Notes: generated from the letters alone by a model not told the origin. Shown: positions 47,095 through 57,150, counted from the stretch's first letter. The stretch is DNA of 60,541 nt from a virus (IMGVR_UViG_3300042922_000817:1-60541), one strand, 5' to 3'. Numbers and translations are program-made.

Positions 47095-47439
47095 TTATTT
47101 GTTTTTTAATAAGTACGTGTTATAATCTAAATAAGTTGAAATTTTTCTAAACGCTATCTTGATTACCGTCAAGGTAGCATTTTTTTTGCCTTTTAGATCA
47201 AAACTAAACTTTGTACTGAGCCAGTACTTGATAAGTTCACCGTTACACCCATACAAATTGTCCAACGCTGTAGCAACACGTTTAGGTGGATCACGATATC
47301 CATTTTCATAATCGCCAAGTGACTTTCTGCAAATACCTACTTCCTCAGCAACATCGACCTGCGCCCACCCTTTCCATTTCCTCAATCTGGAATACGGTGT
47401 AATTTTCTTTACAATAAACTCGTCTTTCACACCTTTCAC
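47095..47439 (-). CDS. XRE HTH protein
   Basis: QVDVAEEVGI..KSLGDYENG pattern. Confidence 0.75.
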   Translation of the reverse strand: MKGVKDEFIVKKITPYSRLRKWKGWAQVDVAEEVGICRKSLGDYENGYRDPPKRVATALDNLYGCNGELIKYWLSTKFSFDLKGKKNATLTVIKIAFRKISTYLDYNTYLLKNK

Positions 47440-47630
47440 CTCCCTCCTATGGGATAATGAATCTAAGCAAAATCACTCTGTTTTAGCCCGTCATTTGATG
47501 GGCTTTCTTTTTAGAATGAATCAGCTCGTATATTTCTGTTTTACCTCTTCTTGAATTAATTGTCATAATTGCAGGTTATCTAAATACTCCTATCGAAAAT
47601 GTATAAAAACATTATTTAGGAGGATTTATT

Positions 47631-48101
47631 TTGTCAGATTTTATAAAAACACTGCTTACGTCGACTGGTCTAATCACAATTATTATTTTTTGTTTCAACC
47701 GATACCAAGAAAAGAGACATCTTCGCGTTTCATGCTTAGTTTTACTTATTGAAATCAGTCGCCACAAAACATGGCTCACCACACTTCTAAAAACTCTATC
47801 TCCATTAGATAGAAAATGTTCATTAGATGTAATATCTACTTCTGATTTTGTAAACAATGATTGGAATAGAATTAAATTCGATGCCATGTTTGCAAGGATT
47901 CCGTCTAAAGACTTTAACATCATCGCTCTTCATTACAATGAAATGTTTACCTTTCAAAAAGCGGTAGAAAAATGTTACCAAAGAAATGAAGGAATAGATG
48001 CAAAAACCTTCGCTGCATCAAGGCTTGAAATATGCAAACATGCTTACAATATTGTTTACTTCCTTGCTGGCAAGCCCGCAGGATATGAATTGCAAAAATA
48101 A
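47631..48101 (+). CDS. Single-TM hypothetical protein, antisense moron
   Basis: AGGAGG RBS, N-terminal TM and a sigmaH-like promoter at 47573-47598. Confidence 0.65.
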   Translation: MSDFIKTLLTSTGLITIIIFCFNRYQEKRHLRVSCLVLLIEISRHKTWLTTLLKTLSPLDRKCSLDVISTSDFVNNDWNRIKFDAMFARIPSKDFNIIALHYNEMFTFQKAVEKCYQRNEGIDAKTFAASRLEICKHAYNIVYFLAGKPAGYELQK

Positions 48102-48103
48102 TC

Positions 48104-48265
48104 TTACCGCTGATACATTACAAATAAAGCAATCATAGATACACTAAAAACCGTTGGACATGACCAGCTCCAAGCCAAATAGTAATCTCCGATGTTGCCA
48201 TAATATATATCTAGCACACAAGAAACGCCTCCTAAGATTGCTATGCCGTAACCAAGCTTTTCCAC
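48104..48265 (-). CDS. 53-aa membrane peptide (not in ORF track)
   Basis: GGAGG RBS, GTG start; MEKLGYGIAILGGVSCVLDIYY... with two hydrophobic segments. Confidence 0.5.
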   Translation of the reverse strand: MEKLGYGIAILGGVSCVLDIYYGNIGDYYLAWSWSCPTVFSVSMIALFVMYQR

Positions 48266-48298
48266 ACTCTCGCCTCCTACACTCTGTTTTGAGCTTAT

Positions 48299-48469
48299 TT
48301 ACTTCACCACATTTGAACCAGTCGCATATTTAACATCTTTTATGTTGCGACAGGTTACTTTTACCCCCAAAACTTTTTCAATGAGTTGACTCATTAATTT
48401 TGGATTATTACTGTTGTCTGGTTGAAAAACTCTAATCACCTCTGGCATCATTCTTGGTCTTCCTGCCAT
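48299..48469 (-). CDS. 56-aa early protein (not in ORF track), candidate recombination directionality factor
   Basis: AGGAGG RBS; MAGRPRMMPEVIRVFQPDNSNNPKLMSQLIEKVLG...; near the start of the Cro operon. The RDF role is a guess. Confidence 0.5.
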   Translation of the reverse strand: MAGRPRMMPEVIRVFQPDNSNNPKLMSQLIEKVLGVKVTCRNIKDVKYATGSNVVK

Positions 48470-48559
48470 GATTGCACCTCCTATGTTATAGTTTTTTTAA
48501 TAATTAAAGGAACACCCTACCTCCTGTCGAATTATGGTAATTGTAAGGAGGTGATTAAA

Positions 48560-48799
48560 ATGTACGAAGCTCACATATTTTTAAAATCAGAAGCTATTTC
48601 TAACAGTAAAATTACCATCAATAATCTCAGAGAGATTAAAGTCTTTAAAGGCACCATAAAGGATACTTTTATTAGCGATAGATTCGATCAAATTCCCATT
48701 TCAGCTTGGGAATCCTATTCTTTTGTCGGTGAGAAAAGAATAATCAACATTGCTAGAGAAGACATTCGCTTTATCGAGATTATTGAAATTAATAAGTAA
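48560..48799 (+). CDS. Small hypothetical protein, antisense moron
   Basis: AAGGAGGTG RBS before the ATG at 48560; sigmaH-like promoter at 48508-48532. Confidence 0.65.
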   Translation: MYEAHIFLKSEAISNSKITINNLREIKVFKGTIKDTFISDRFDQIPISAWESYSFVGEKRIINIAREDIRFIEIIEINK

Positions 48800-48950
48800 C
48801 TTCGATGTGGAGGGTATAGTTGACGCCGTACTCTCCACAAATTTTATTGATTAGATTAAAAATTTTTTCTGGAGAATAATTTAATCGTTCCGCATTGATT
48901 TTAAATATCAGAATTGGCTTACTTTTAAAAATGTCCATCTTTTTCACCTC

Positions 48951-49199
48951 CTACGCTGTGGTTTTATTTAAATCATTTATAACGGATTGCGTTAGTTTGT
49001 CGTTTAAAAAAATAGCACTATCAATATTTAGTGCTTTCGCTATAATTTTAAGTCTTTCAACATCCAATCGTGTACAACCATTAGCTACATGTCGGTATCC
49101 TTGAAGGGAAAGCCCTATTTTGTTGGCTAAGAAACTTTTAGTAACACCTTTAGCTCTTCGAATTTTTTCTACATTATCATGTACTGCCACATTTACCAC
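48951..49199 (-). CDS. Cro-like XRE regulator
   Basis: HTH; divergent from the repressor behind a consensus promoter. Confidence 0.8.
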   Translation of the reverse strand: MVNVAVHDNVEKIRRAKGVTKSFLANKIGLSLQGYRHVANGCTRLDVERLKIIAKALNIDSAIFLNDKLTQSVINDLNKTTA

Positions 49200-49206
49200 C
49201 TCCTTA

Positions 49207-49314
49207 ACTAACGCAATTCGTTATATTTATTATACTAACGGATAACGTTAGTGTCAATAGTTTTATTTATAAATTCTCAAATTCCGTTAGTTAACTATCT
49301 AATTCCGTTAGTTA
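49207..49314. promoter_or_regulatory. Lysis/lysogeny switch: TTGACA-17-TATAAT leftward promoter and repeated ACTAACG-N5-CGTTAGT operators
   Basis: -35 at 49252-49257 and -10 at 49229-49234 (minus strand). Operator palindrome at 49234-49252, variants at 49207 and about 48980, and half-sites AATTCCGTTAGTTA x2. Confidence 0.8.
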
Positions 49315-49343
49315 TTGGTATTATTATTATTGAGGTGCATTTT

Positions 49344-49775
49344 ATGACAATCAGTGAAAGAATTAAATCATTTAGGAAAGATAAAGGGTTAACTCAAAAA
49401 GAGCTTGGAGATTTAATTAATAAATCCCCACAGGTTATATCTAACTGGGAAAGAGGTTATACAACAACAATAAATCACGACGATATAACTAATTTATCCA
49501 AAGTCTTCAACAAATCAATTGAAGCAATTGTCGGAAGTGATTTTAGGGAATCAAATAACGATCTCCCCCCTCTTACGCCGCGTGATGAACGGCAGATCGC
49601 AAAAGATCTTGAAGCCATGCTTAACGATATTGATAATAAAAATGGTATGGCTAATTACAATGAACCTGAAGATGAAGAAGACCGAGAACTCTTACGTGCT
49701 AGCTTGGAGCAGTCATTAAGATTAGCAACACGTATGGCAAAGAAAAAATTTACTCCTAAAAAGTATCAGAAGTAG
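49344..49775 (+). CDS. ImmR-like phage repressor
   Basis: XRE HTH plus ...KKKFTPKKY C-terminus; start at the ATG at 49344 after GAGGTG. Confidence 0.88.
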   Translation: MTISERIKSFRKDKGLTQKELGDLINKSPQVISNWERGYTTTINHDDITNLSKVFNKSIEAIVGSDFRESNNDLPPLTPRDERQIAKDLEAMLNDIDNKNGMANYNEPEDEEDRELLRASLEQSLRLATRMAKKKFTPKKYQK

Positions 49776-49789
49776 TCAGGAGTGATGTT

Positions 49790-50212
49790 GTGATAAGTGT
49801 GAAAGAAATTGTTAAATATCTACATGAAAAATACAATACTACTAATCCATTTACTATTGCTAAAAGAAAAAATATTATTATTTTACACGAGAATTTAGGT
49901 AAAACGCTTGGTTATTGTAACACCTACAAACGGCAAAAAATCATTCATATTAATGAAAATATAGAAGAAAAAGCAAGTTTTTTCGTCTGTGCTCATGAAC
50001 TTGCTCATATTCTTATGCATCCGGATGTCAATACACCATTTCTAAAAAGAAACACCTTATTTTCTATAGATAAAATTGAGCGTGAAGCTAATACTTTTGC
50101 AGTTGAACTTTTAATGCCTGATTTTCTACTTACTGAAAACAACTGCTCTTCTATTTATAATGTTGCCCGATCATTAGGCATACCAGAAAATTTAATACAT
50201 TTAAAGAAATAA
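49790..50212 (+). CDS. ImmA/IrrE-family metallopeptidase (anti-repressor)
   Basis: HELAH...EREANTFAVELLMP motifs; follows ImmR. Confidence 0.9.
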   Translation: MISVKEIVKYLHEKYNTTNPFTIAKRKNIIILHENLGKTLGYCNTYKRQKIIHINENIEEKASFFVCAHELAHILMHPDVNTPFLKRNTLFSIDKIEREANTFAVELLMPDFLLTENNCSSIYNVARSLGIPENLIHLKK

Positions 50213-50332
50213 AACCTACAACTAATATGATTTAGTGTAGGTTATCGTTATTTTTAGGGACTTTCGACAAATTTCGATAATATAGGACAAACGCACTAAT
50301 TTAAATGAAGCTTAGTGAATTGAGGTGACGAT

Positions 50333-50833
50333 ATGGAAATTTATAATATTACATTTAGTGCTGCAGTGAGCGCCATAGTAGGAATATTCTCGTTTATTCT
50401 AAAATCATATATTGATGCTGGCAAACAAAGAAAATTTTTAGCTTCCGCTTTTTTAGCTGAAATTACATGTTTAATAGAGCAGTATGAAAAAGCAGGCGGT
50501 CTTTCGTTGTTATATGAATTGCCTGATGATTACGTATATTATTGCACTATGAATGTAGATGATGATTTTTTTACTGTGTATAACAAAAACGCTGATAAAT
50601 TAGGCCTTTTTAATAGTGTATTAGTTAAAGAAATAGTTAGTTTATATGTAAACGCTAAGGGTTTCGTTTGCACTATTAAAACATGGAATGATTTAGTAAA
50701 TAGAAAAGAGAGTAATCCATCAAAGAAGGATGAACAATTACAAGACTATTATGATACATTAATGGCTCAATATAATGATATATCCGAAGCAGCTAAAAAA
50801 TTACTTCCTAAACTTGATAAAGTAATTAAATAA
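50333..50833 (+). CDS. Single-TM hypothetical protein (paralog of 51152)
   Basis: N-terminal TM; AEI..L...FTVY..NADKLG...IV..Y motif. Confidence 0.7.
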   Translation: MEIYNITFSAAVSAIVGIFSFILKSYIDAGKQRKFLASAFLAEITCLIEQYEKAGGLSLLYELPDDYVYYCTMNVDDDFFTVYNKNADKLGLFNSVLVKEIVSLYVNAKGFVCTIKTWNDLVNRKESNPSKKDEQLQDYYDTLMAQYNDISEAAKKLLPKLDKVIK

Positions 50834-50966
50834 TATTAGTATTGTTTAATTATTTTTTTAGATTTGGTTCTTTATAAATCCAACCTACAACGGATTACAT
50901 ACATAAAAATAAACTAAGGATGGTACTTATTATGAAAAAATATTAACCTCATCAATAAATACCTTA

Positions 50967-51104
50967 CTAAAATTTCATTAATTTATCACTGATTAGATCG
51001 CCGATTTTGTAAAGAAAAGGCATAAAAATTATCACTAATATCAATCCAATAATTGTTCCGAAAAATCCAGACGACCAAATTTGTTCGATAATATAATTTT
51101 CCAT
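50967..51104 (-). CDS. 45-aa single-TM peptide (not in ORF track)
   Basis: Purine-rich RBS; MENYIIEQIWSSGFFGTIIGLILVIIFMPFLYKIGDLISDKLMKF. Confidence 0.4.
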   Translation of the reverse strand: MENYIIEQIWSSGFFGTIIGLILVIIFMPFLYKIGDLISDKLMKF

Positions 51105-51151
51105 AATACTTCCCTTCCCTTCTTTAAATATCACTGATTGGAGTTGAAAAA

Positions 51152-51724
51152 ATGCTTGATTTAATCGCCCCGTTTATCGGAAATATTGTTACTATTATTA
51201 CTGTCCTTATTGGTGCTATTGCCGGCGCTATTGGTAAAGCGTATTTCGATAAAAAGAATTTACAGTCTGCGACTAAAGAAAATAAAAAACGTTTAGCAAA
51301 AGCATTACAATCGGAGTTAAAAACACTCATAAAGATATATGACCACAATAAATTAGCCCCCTGGGTAGACGGTCAAGATAATCGAGTAAAAATTGTTAAA
51401 ATAGATTGTAATTACTTAACTGTATTTGAAAACAATACCGATAAATTAGGCGCTTTAGAAGCAGATGATATTGATAAAATAGTTGAATTTTATACTTTTC
51501 TGAAATCTTTTATAGATACATTGCAAGTATTGTCTATCAGATGGGATGAATACGCAAGGTATCAGAGAGCTCAACAGGCAAATATTTCAGAAGTAGGCTA
51601 TGCAACTGAATTAGAATGTCGTTACATTGATGTTAAAAACGTACATAATATAACACTGAATTTGCAAGATAATATTTTAAATAACTGTAACAAAATTATC
51701 GATATATTAAATAAATACAATTAA
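51152..51724 (+). CDS. Single-TM hypothetical protein (paralog of 50333)
   Basis: N-terminal TM; SELK.L...LTVF..NTDKLG...IV.FY motif. Confidence 0.7.
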   Translation: MLDLIAPFIGNIVTIITVLIGAIAGAIGKAYFDKKNLQSATKENKKRLAKALQSELKTLIKIYDHNKLAPWVDGQDNRVKIVKIDCNYLTVFENNTDKLGALEADDIDKIVEFYTFLKSFIDTLQVLSIRWDEYARYQRAQQANISEVGYATELECRYIDVKNVHNITLNLQDNILNNCNKIIDILNKYN

Positions 51725-51826
51725 TTACACTTGTTGTTCATTGGTTTTTATTGTTCTCTATTATTTTATCATAGATTACGAATGTAATGAAAGAAGATGA
51801 TCTCATTGTTTAACCCAATCACTAAC

Positions 51827-52051
51827 ATGAAACGTAAACTTGCAGCACTATTTGTACTAGCTGCAGTAGTAGCAACTTTTGCCACTACTGCCCTAGCATC
51901 TACTTATGTTGCTAATGCTAGCACAGGTAAATTTCATTATTCAGATTGCCGCTATGTTAACCGCATGAATGAAAGCAACAAAGTTTATTATGATGATCGC
52001 GATGAGGTTATTAATGCTGGGTATGTACCTTGTAAGGTTTGTAGGCCGTAA
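51827..52051 (+). CDS. Secreted Ada-type metal-binding-domain protein
   Basis: Signal peptide plus YVAN..TGKFH..DC...GYVPCKVCRP. Confidence 0.75.
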   Translation: MKRKLAALFVLAAVVATFATTALASTYVANASTGKFHYSDCRYVNRMNESNKVYYDDRDEVINAGYVPCKVCRP

Positions 52052-52066
52052 AAAGGAGCTTTTAAT

Positions 52067-52759
52067 ATGATTATTCATTATTTTTCCCTATTAAATGTAA
52101 TTGATAAAATTCATATTGATTCATATACCATTATTGAGAATATCAGAGATTATGAAGATCCAGATGCTCGTGACTTTAATGCAAGTATAAAAATGTTAAA
52201 TGAGTATTCATCAAGTAATATAACTAGGGCTCCCCTATTGATAATTTGTCAATCTACTGGTTTATTTAGGCATCTTGGTTTTGCGGAATACTACTCTGAA
52301 AAAGGGAATGACGTTGATTATATTATAAGTAATTTAAATGATGTCATTAGTATTGATATCCCTAAAATAAAATTAAAGCTACTAAACTATTTCAATCAAA
52401 ATATTGATGCTGAATTATTTAAAACAACTGAAAACTTACTAATAAATAACGAAGTAATTAGTGCTGTACGAAGTGCTTTTACATTACTATCATCCAGAAT
52501 TCGAAAGGCTCTTGACATATCATCTAATGTAAATGACGGTTTAGGATTAATCGATACAGCTTTTTCAAAAAAACATACTATCTTATTTCGTTCTGGTAAA
52601 GTATTAGAGGAAAAAGATAAAGAATATTTTAAATCCATTCTAAAAGGATATTATTATTTTGTTCGCAATAATGTAGCACACGAAACGGACATAGAACAAG
52701 TATCAGCAGATGCAGCCTTAGCCACTATCAATTATGTATTACTAACTTTAAAGCTCTAA
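52067..52759 (+). CDS. Protein with a C-terminal TIGR02391/HEPN-like domain (candidate abortive-infection RNase)
   Basis: AVRSAF..L..RIR....DG..LIDTAF...RNNVAH, an RxxxxH motif. Confidence 0.6.
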   Translation: MIIHYFSLLNVIDKIHIDSYTIIENIRDYEDPDARDFNASIKMLNEYSSSNITRAPLLIICQSTGLFRHLGFAEYYSEKGNDVDYIISNLNDVISIDIPKIKLKLLNYFNQNIDAELFKTTENLLINNEVISAVRSAFTLLSSRIRKALDISSNVNDGLGLIDTAFSKKHTILFRSGKVLEEKDKEYFKSILKGYYYFVRNNVAHETDIEQVSADAALATINYVLLTLKL

Positions 52760-52879
52760 TCGCAAAAGGCCTTCTCTATCTTAAATACAAACATATTAGA
52801 GTAATTTTTTAAATAAAATGTTAAAATAAACATGCAATCATTAAATTTAATACCAGAGTGCTTTTAAAGGAGTGATAAA

Positions 52880-53836
52880 ATGGCTACAGCAGATCAATTA
52901 AAAATGTTAATAAAAGCTCACTATGATAATAACAATGACAGATTTACAACAATTTCTTTACAAATTGCCGCTTATGAAGCAGATAAAGGTCATTTATCCG
53001 TTGCACGTGATATAAAAACTCTCGTTGATAATTCGAAGAACAAACGTCCTAAAATGATCAATTTTAATAATGAATTAGAAGAATTGATTTCTTGTACTGT
53101 TCCCCAAAAAAGAAAAAGTGAATTCGTAGCCTCTCCAATTATATTAGAAAGATTGGCTAGAATAACAAAGGAATTCAAAGAGCGTGAAAAATTATTTAAA
53201 CACGGTTTAACAAATAGAAGGAAAATTCTCCTCGTTGGACCTCCTGGTACTGGTAAAACAATGACATCGTCAATTCTCGCTAGTGAGTTATATCTTCCAC
53301 TTTGTACAATTGCGATGGATAAACTTATTACAAAATACATGGGGGAAACAAGTGCAAAATTACGCCAGATATTCGATACTATAAAAGAATCTCAAGCAGT
53401 CTATTTATTCGATGAATTTGATGCTATTGGCTCTGATCGAAGTTTAGACAATGATGTAGGTGAAATTCGCCGTATTTTAAACTCCTTTCTTCAGTTTATA
53501 GAGCAAGATGACTCTCAAAGTATAATCATTGCTGCAACGAATAATCCTCAATTACTAGATTCAGCACTTTTTAGGCGTTTTGATGATGTATTATATTATA
53601 AATCTCCTGACGAACAGGAAATAGAACTTTTAATAAAAAATCGTTTAACCAATTTTATTGATCCTAATATGAATATATCCACAATTTTTAAATACATTAA
53701 GAAGTTAAGTCATGCTGAAATAACAAAAGCATGTGACGATGCAATTAAAGAAGTAATATTATTTGATAAACAATTTGTAACCGACAAATTACTAGTAAAT
53801 AGACTTGAAGAAAAGAACATCTATTATAAGGAGTAA
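52880..53836 (+). CDS. ietA: AAA+ ATPase, IetA-like
   Basis: MATADQLK.LI start, GPPGTGKT, FDEFDAI and AATN..LD.ALFRRFD; paired with an S8 protease. Confidence 0.85.
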   Translation: MATADQLKMLIKAHYDNNNDRFTTISLQIAAYEADKGHLSVARDIKTLVDNSKNKRPKMINFNNELEELISCTVPQKRKSEFVASPIILERLARITKEFKEREKLFKHGLTNRRKILLVGPPGTGKTMTSSILASELYLPLCTIAMDKLITKYMGETSAKLRQIFDTIKESQAVYLFDEFDAIGSDRSLDNDVGEIRRILNSFLQFIEQDDSQSIIIAATNNPQLLDSALFRRFDDVLYYKSPDEQEIELLIKNRLTNFIDPNMNISTIFKYIKKLSHAEITKACDDAIKEVILFDKQFVTDKLLVNRLEEKNIYYKE

Positions 53837-53841
53837 AATAA

Positions 53842-56325
53842 ATGGATTTAAAAAAAGTTTTATTCTTGAAAAAAAACGTTACCAAAAATTATTCATACAT
53901 GCCAAATCAACAAGGAGGATCATCACTAAACCTTCCCCCAAGAATTCGTTCTTCACATGGAAACTATTTAAAAAAACAACTAACATTAGCATGGGAAAAA
54001 GCTCAAATTGAAAAGAAGGCTATTTCTATTCCAACAAAAGACGGTATGTATTTAGAATTCTTTAGCACCCCTGGCTATGACTTAGCTTTAAAAAGTTTAG
54101 ATATTACACGAAGTGGAATTAAATTATTACACGTTCAAACAGAATCTATTAATGGCAAAGATTTAACTAAATCAACAGTATATATCCCAAAGGGAAAAGA
54201 ACATTATTTTCTAGATAAAATAAACGACTATCTCACTACCGAATCAAGATTTAATAAGCCTAAACATCAAAATTTAATTGATAGCATTAATGATATCAAT
54301 CTAGCTGTTATCGAATCATTTTGGAATGGTAAGAAAGAATGGATTCCTTCTGAAATTCGAGAATGGTGTGAAATATGGACAACTGTAACCACAAAAGAAG
54401 AATTAGAAGCTTTCCTTAAATCAACAAAAAAATTGGATATTGCTACAAAAAGTGAAACCATAGAATTTCCAGAAAGAACAGTTTTACTTTGCAAAGTAAA
54501 CAAAGCTGATTTAAATAATTTAATTATTGCATCTGACAATATTGCTGAATTTAGAAGAGCAGCAGAAACAAAAAATTTTTTTATAGAAATGCCAAATAAT
54601 CAACAAACAGATTGGTTAAAAGATGCTGTTTCTCGTATAAAAAAATCACCAGAAGTTAATGATTTTAGTATTTGCATATTAGATACTGGTGTAAATAATG
54701 CGCATCTCTTATTATCCCCTATACTTAAAGATGAAGATTGTGATACATATAATCCAGATTGGTTAACATCAGACCACGATGGGCACGGAACTGCAATGGC
54801 TGGTATTTCAGCATATGATGATCTAGTTAAAATTTTAGAAACTAATTACCCTGTAAAGATAACTCATATTTTAGAATCGGCAAAAATCTTACCGCCAAAT
54901 GGACAAAACGAACCTCAATTATATGGGGCAATAACTTCTCAAGCTATAAGTAATAGAATTATAGCCTCTCCTACAAGGAAAAGAATTCTATGCATGGCTG
55001 TAACATCTGATAAATATAATTCTAACAATGGTCATCCAACGTCTTGGTCTGCTTCTATCGACGAAGTAACTTCTGGACAAATAGACAATAAACAAAAATT
55101 AATGTGTATTTCTGCTGGAAACATTCACGACATGAATGACTTTAGTAACTACTTTGATAGCAATTCTGTTTCATCCATTGAAAATCCTGGACAATCATGG
55201 AATGCGATCACTGTTGGTGCATATACAGATTTAATACCATCTGACCCGACAGATAATGCAATTGCACCAAGTGGTGGACTTTCTCCTTATAGTAAAACAT
55301 CCTTTATTTGGGACAAGCCTTGGCCGATTAAACCTGAAATTTTATTAGAAGGTGGCAACCGTATTAAAGATAATTTAATTTCAAATACAAATTACCAATC
55401 AGATGAATTATCTTTATTAACAACTAATTATAAGCCTCAGGAAAGCTTATTAACTACCATTTGGGCAACTAGTTCTGCAACAGCCAAAGCTTCCTATTTA
55501 GCAGCCAAAATTCAAGCAGAATATCCAGATGCATGGCCTGAAACTATCCGTGCTTTGATGATCCATTCAGCAGAATGGACTAAAACAATGAAAAATCAAT
55601 TTTTACATAATACAAATAAACTTTCATCATATAGAAAATTATTACATACTTGTGGTTATGGTGTTCCGAATTTAGAACGAGCTATTCATTGTGCCCAAAA
55701 TAGCGTCAGCTTAATTGTTGAAAATGAATTAAAACCATATAAAAAAGAAAACTCAAAATGGAAAATGAACGCCATGCAATTACATGAAATTCCATGGCCC
55801 AAAACCCTTCTGTTAGAATATGGTAAAACAAAATTTAAATTAAAAATTACTCTATCCTATTTTATTGAACCGTGTCCTGGTGAATTAGGCTGGAAAGATA
55901 AGTTTAGATATGCCTCCTGTGGACTTAGATTCAAACTTAATGGTAGCATGTCACGAAATTCATTTATATCTTCTATTACTGCTGCTATGGCGCGTGACGA
56001 AGAATTAGAAAATGAAGCATCATCAATAAATTGGACTTTAGGGGAAGTGAACCGAAATGTAGGATCAATACATTCTGATGTTTGGGAAACAACCGCCGCT
56101 CAATTAGCAACAAGTAATTTAATAGCAGTATATCCGGTAGTTGGATGGTGGCGAGAATTACGTAGACAAAATTGCGGTGATAAAACAATTCGATACTCTT
56201 TAATTGTTTCTATAGAAACACCTGAAGAAAGTATTGATATCTATACACCTATCTTAAATATGATATCCACTAAAGTAAAAACAGCAATTTCTATTAATAC
56301 AAATAATCCAAAGACAAAAAAATAA
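53842..56325 (+). CDS. ietS: Subtilisin-like S8 serine protease, IetS-like
   Basis: ILDTG (Asp), HGTAMAG (His), SAGN and ATSSAT (Ser); WPETIRAL.IHSA.W; no signal peptide. Confidence 0.85.
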   Translation: MDLKKVLFLKKNVTKNYSYMPNQQGGSSLNLPPRIRSSHGNYLKKQLTLAWEKAQIEKKAISIPTKDGMYLEFFSTPGYDLALKSLDITRSGIKLLHVQTESINGKDLTKSTVYIPKGKEHYFLDKINDYLTTESRFNKPKHQNLIDSINDINLAVIESFWNGKKEWIPSEIREWCEIWTTVTTKEELEAFLKSTKKLDIATKSETIEFPERTVLLCKVNKADLNNLIIASDNIAEFRRAAETKNFFIEMPNNQQTDWLKDAVSRIKKSPEVNDFSICILDTGVNNAHLLLSPILKDEDCDTYNPDWLTSDHDGHGTAMAGISAYDDLVKILETNYPVKITHILESAKILPPNGQNEPQLYGAITSQAISNRIIASPTRKRILCMAVTSDKYNSNNGHPTSWSASIDEVTSGQIDNKQKLMCISAGNIHDMNDFSNYFDSNSVSSIENPGQSWNAITVGAYTDLIPSDPTDNAIAPSGGLSPYSKTSFIWDKPWPIKPEILLEGGNRIKDNLISNTNYQSDELSLLTTNYKPQESLLTTIWATSSATAKASYLAAKIQAEYPDAWPETIRALMIHSAEWTKTMKNQFLHNTNKLSSYRKLLHTCGYGVPNLERAIHCAQNSVSLIVENELKPYKKENSKWKMNAMQLHEIPWPKTLLLEYGKTKFKLKITLSYFIEPCPGELGWKDKFRYASCGLRFKLNGSMSRNSFISSITAAMARDEELENEASSINWTLGEVNRNVGSIHSDVWETTAAQLATSNLIAVYPVVGWWRELRRQNCGDKTIRYSLIVSIETPEESIDIYTPILNMISTKVKTAISINTNNPKTKK

Positions 56326-56391
56326 ACACGTAACTGACAAAATCTTAAAACTAAAGTTTTTCTAGTTGAAAATAAAAGGAAGTATGAAAAC

Positions 56392-56847
56392 ATGAAAATT
56401 AAATTTATAAGCACTATATGCGCGCTTGTACTGATGATGTTCTGCACTGTTGCCTCTGCTGAAACCTCAACGCAAACTTGGCAATTAGCCTACAAAGACA
56501 ATATCACAGCATTTTACTTTGACACAAACACTGCAAGAACGGTTGGGTCATCGGACGTTATTAGTGCAGATCTAAAGATGGACATATCTAAAGCAATGCT
56601 AGAAGAACTCACTTCTAAGTATAAAGGCAAATATGACACTTCCACTTGGAGCAAAATAAAATACAGCGTCGCCTCCACTGTATATAATGAGGTAGATAAA
56701 ACCTTTATTACGGAAAATCATCGCTTCTATGATTCAAACAACAACCTGATTACAACGATCAACGATGGAACAAAAAGCGTGGTAAGTAGTGATTCTGTAC
56801 AAAATAAAGTATATGCAGCTATATTTCAATGGTTGTACGAGAATTGA
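56392..56847 (+). CDS. Secreted/periplasmic hypothetical protein
   Basis: Signal peptide ending ASA; W..AY....FYFD beta-rich core; moron position. Confidence 0.65.
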   Translation: MKIKFISTICALVLMMFCTVASAETSTQTWQLAYKDNITAFYFDTNTARTVGSSDVISADLKMDISKAMLEELTSKYKGKYDTSTWSKIKYSVASTVYNEVDKTFITENHRFYDSNNNLITTINDGTKSVVSSDSVQNKVYAAIFQWLYEN

Positions 56848-56927
56848 TGAAACCTAACCTATATTAATAAAAAGCGGCTCTTGCCACTTTTTATTTTTAG
56901 CACAACACCAAACATATGTACTAAGGA

Positions 56928-57113
56928 GTGATTATTATAACTACAAATAACTTCGACGCCGCCCTCAATAGGCAACAATGTCATAAAATAATTGACCAGT
57001 TGAATGATGTACAATTAGCTGATGCAGTCGATTATCTCGCGGAATTAGTGGATTTATACGAAGAAGAAAAACATTTGAATCAATTAAACGAAATATATAA
57101 AACGAAAAAATAA
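56928..57113 (+). CDS. Small hypothetical protein preceded by a LexA-like box
   Basis: CAAACATATGTACT at 56909-56922 and an AAGGAG RBS. Confidence 0.5.
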   Translation: MIIITTNNFDAALNRQQCHKIIDQLNDVQLADAVDYLAELVDLYEEEKHLNQLNEIYKTKK

Positions 57114-57150
57114 AAGCGGCTAATAACCGCTTTTAAAATACCTCGATACG

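Noticed and set aside
49251-49343. N-terminal hydrophobic extension on the repressor in the ORF track (similar extensions at 48422, 41167, 31556, 6474 and 6194)
   Set aside because: Better RBS-supported downstream starts exist, and some extensions run through operator or terminator DNA.
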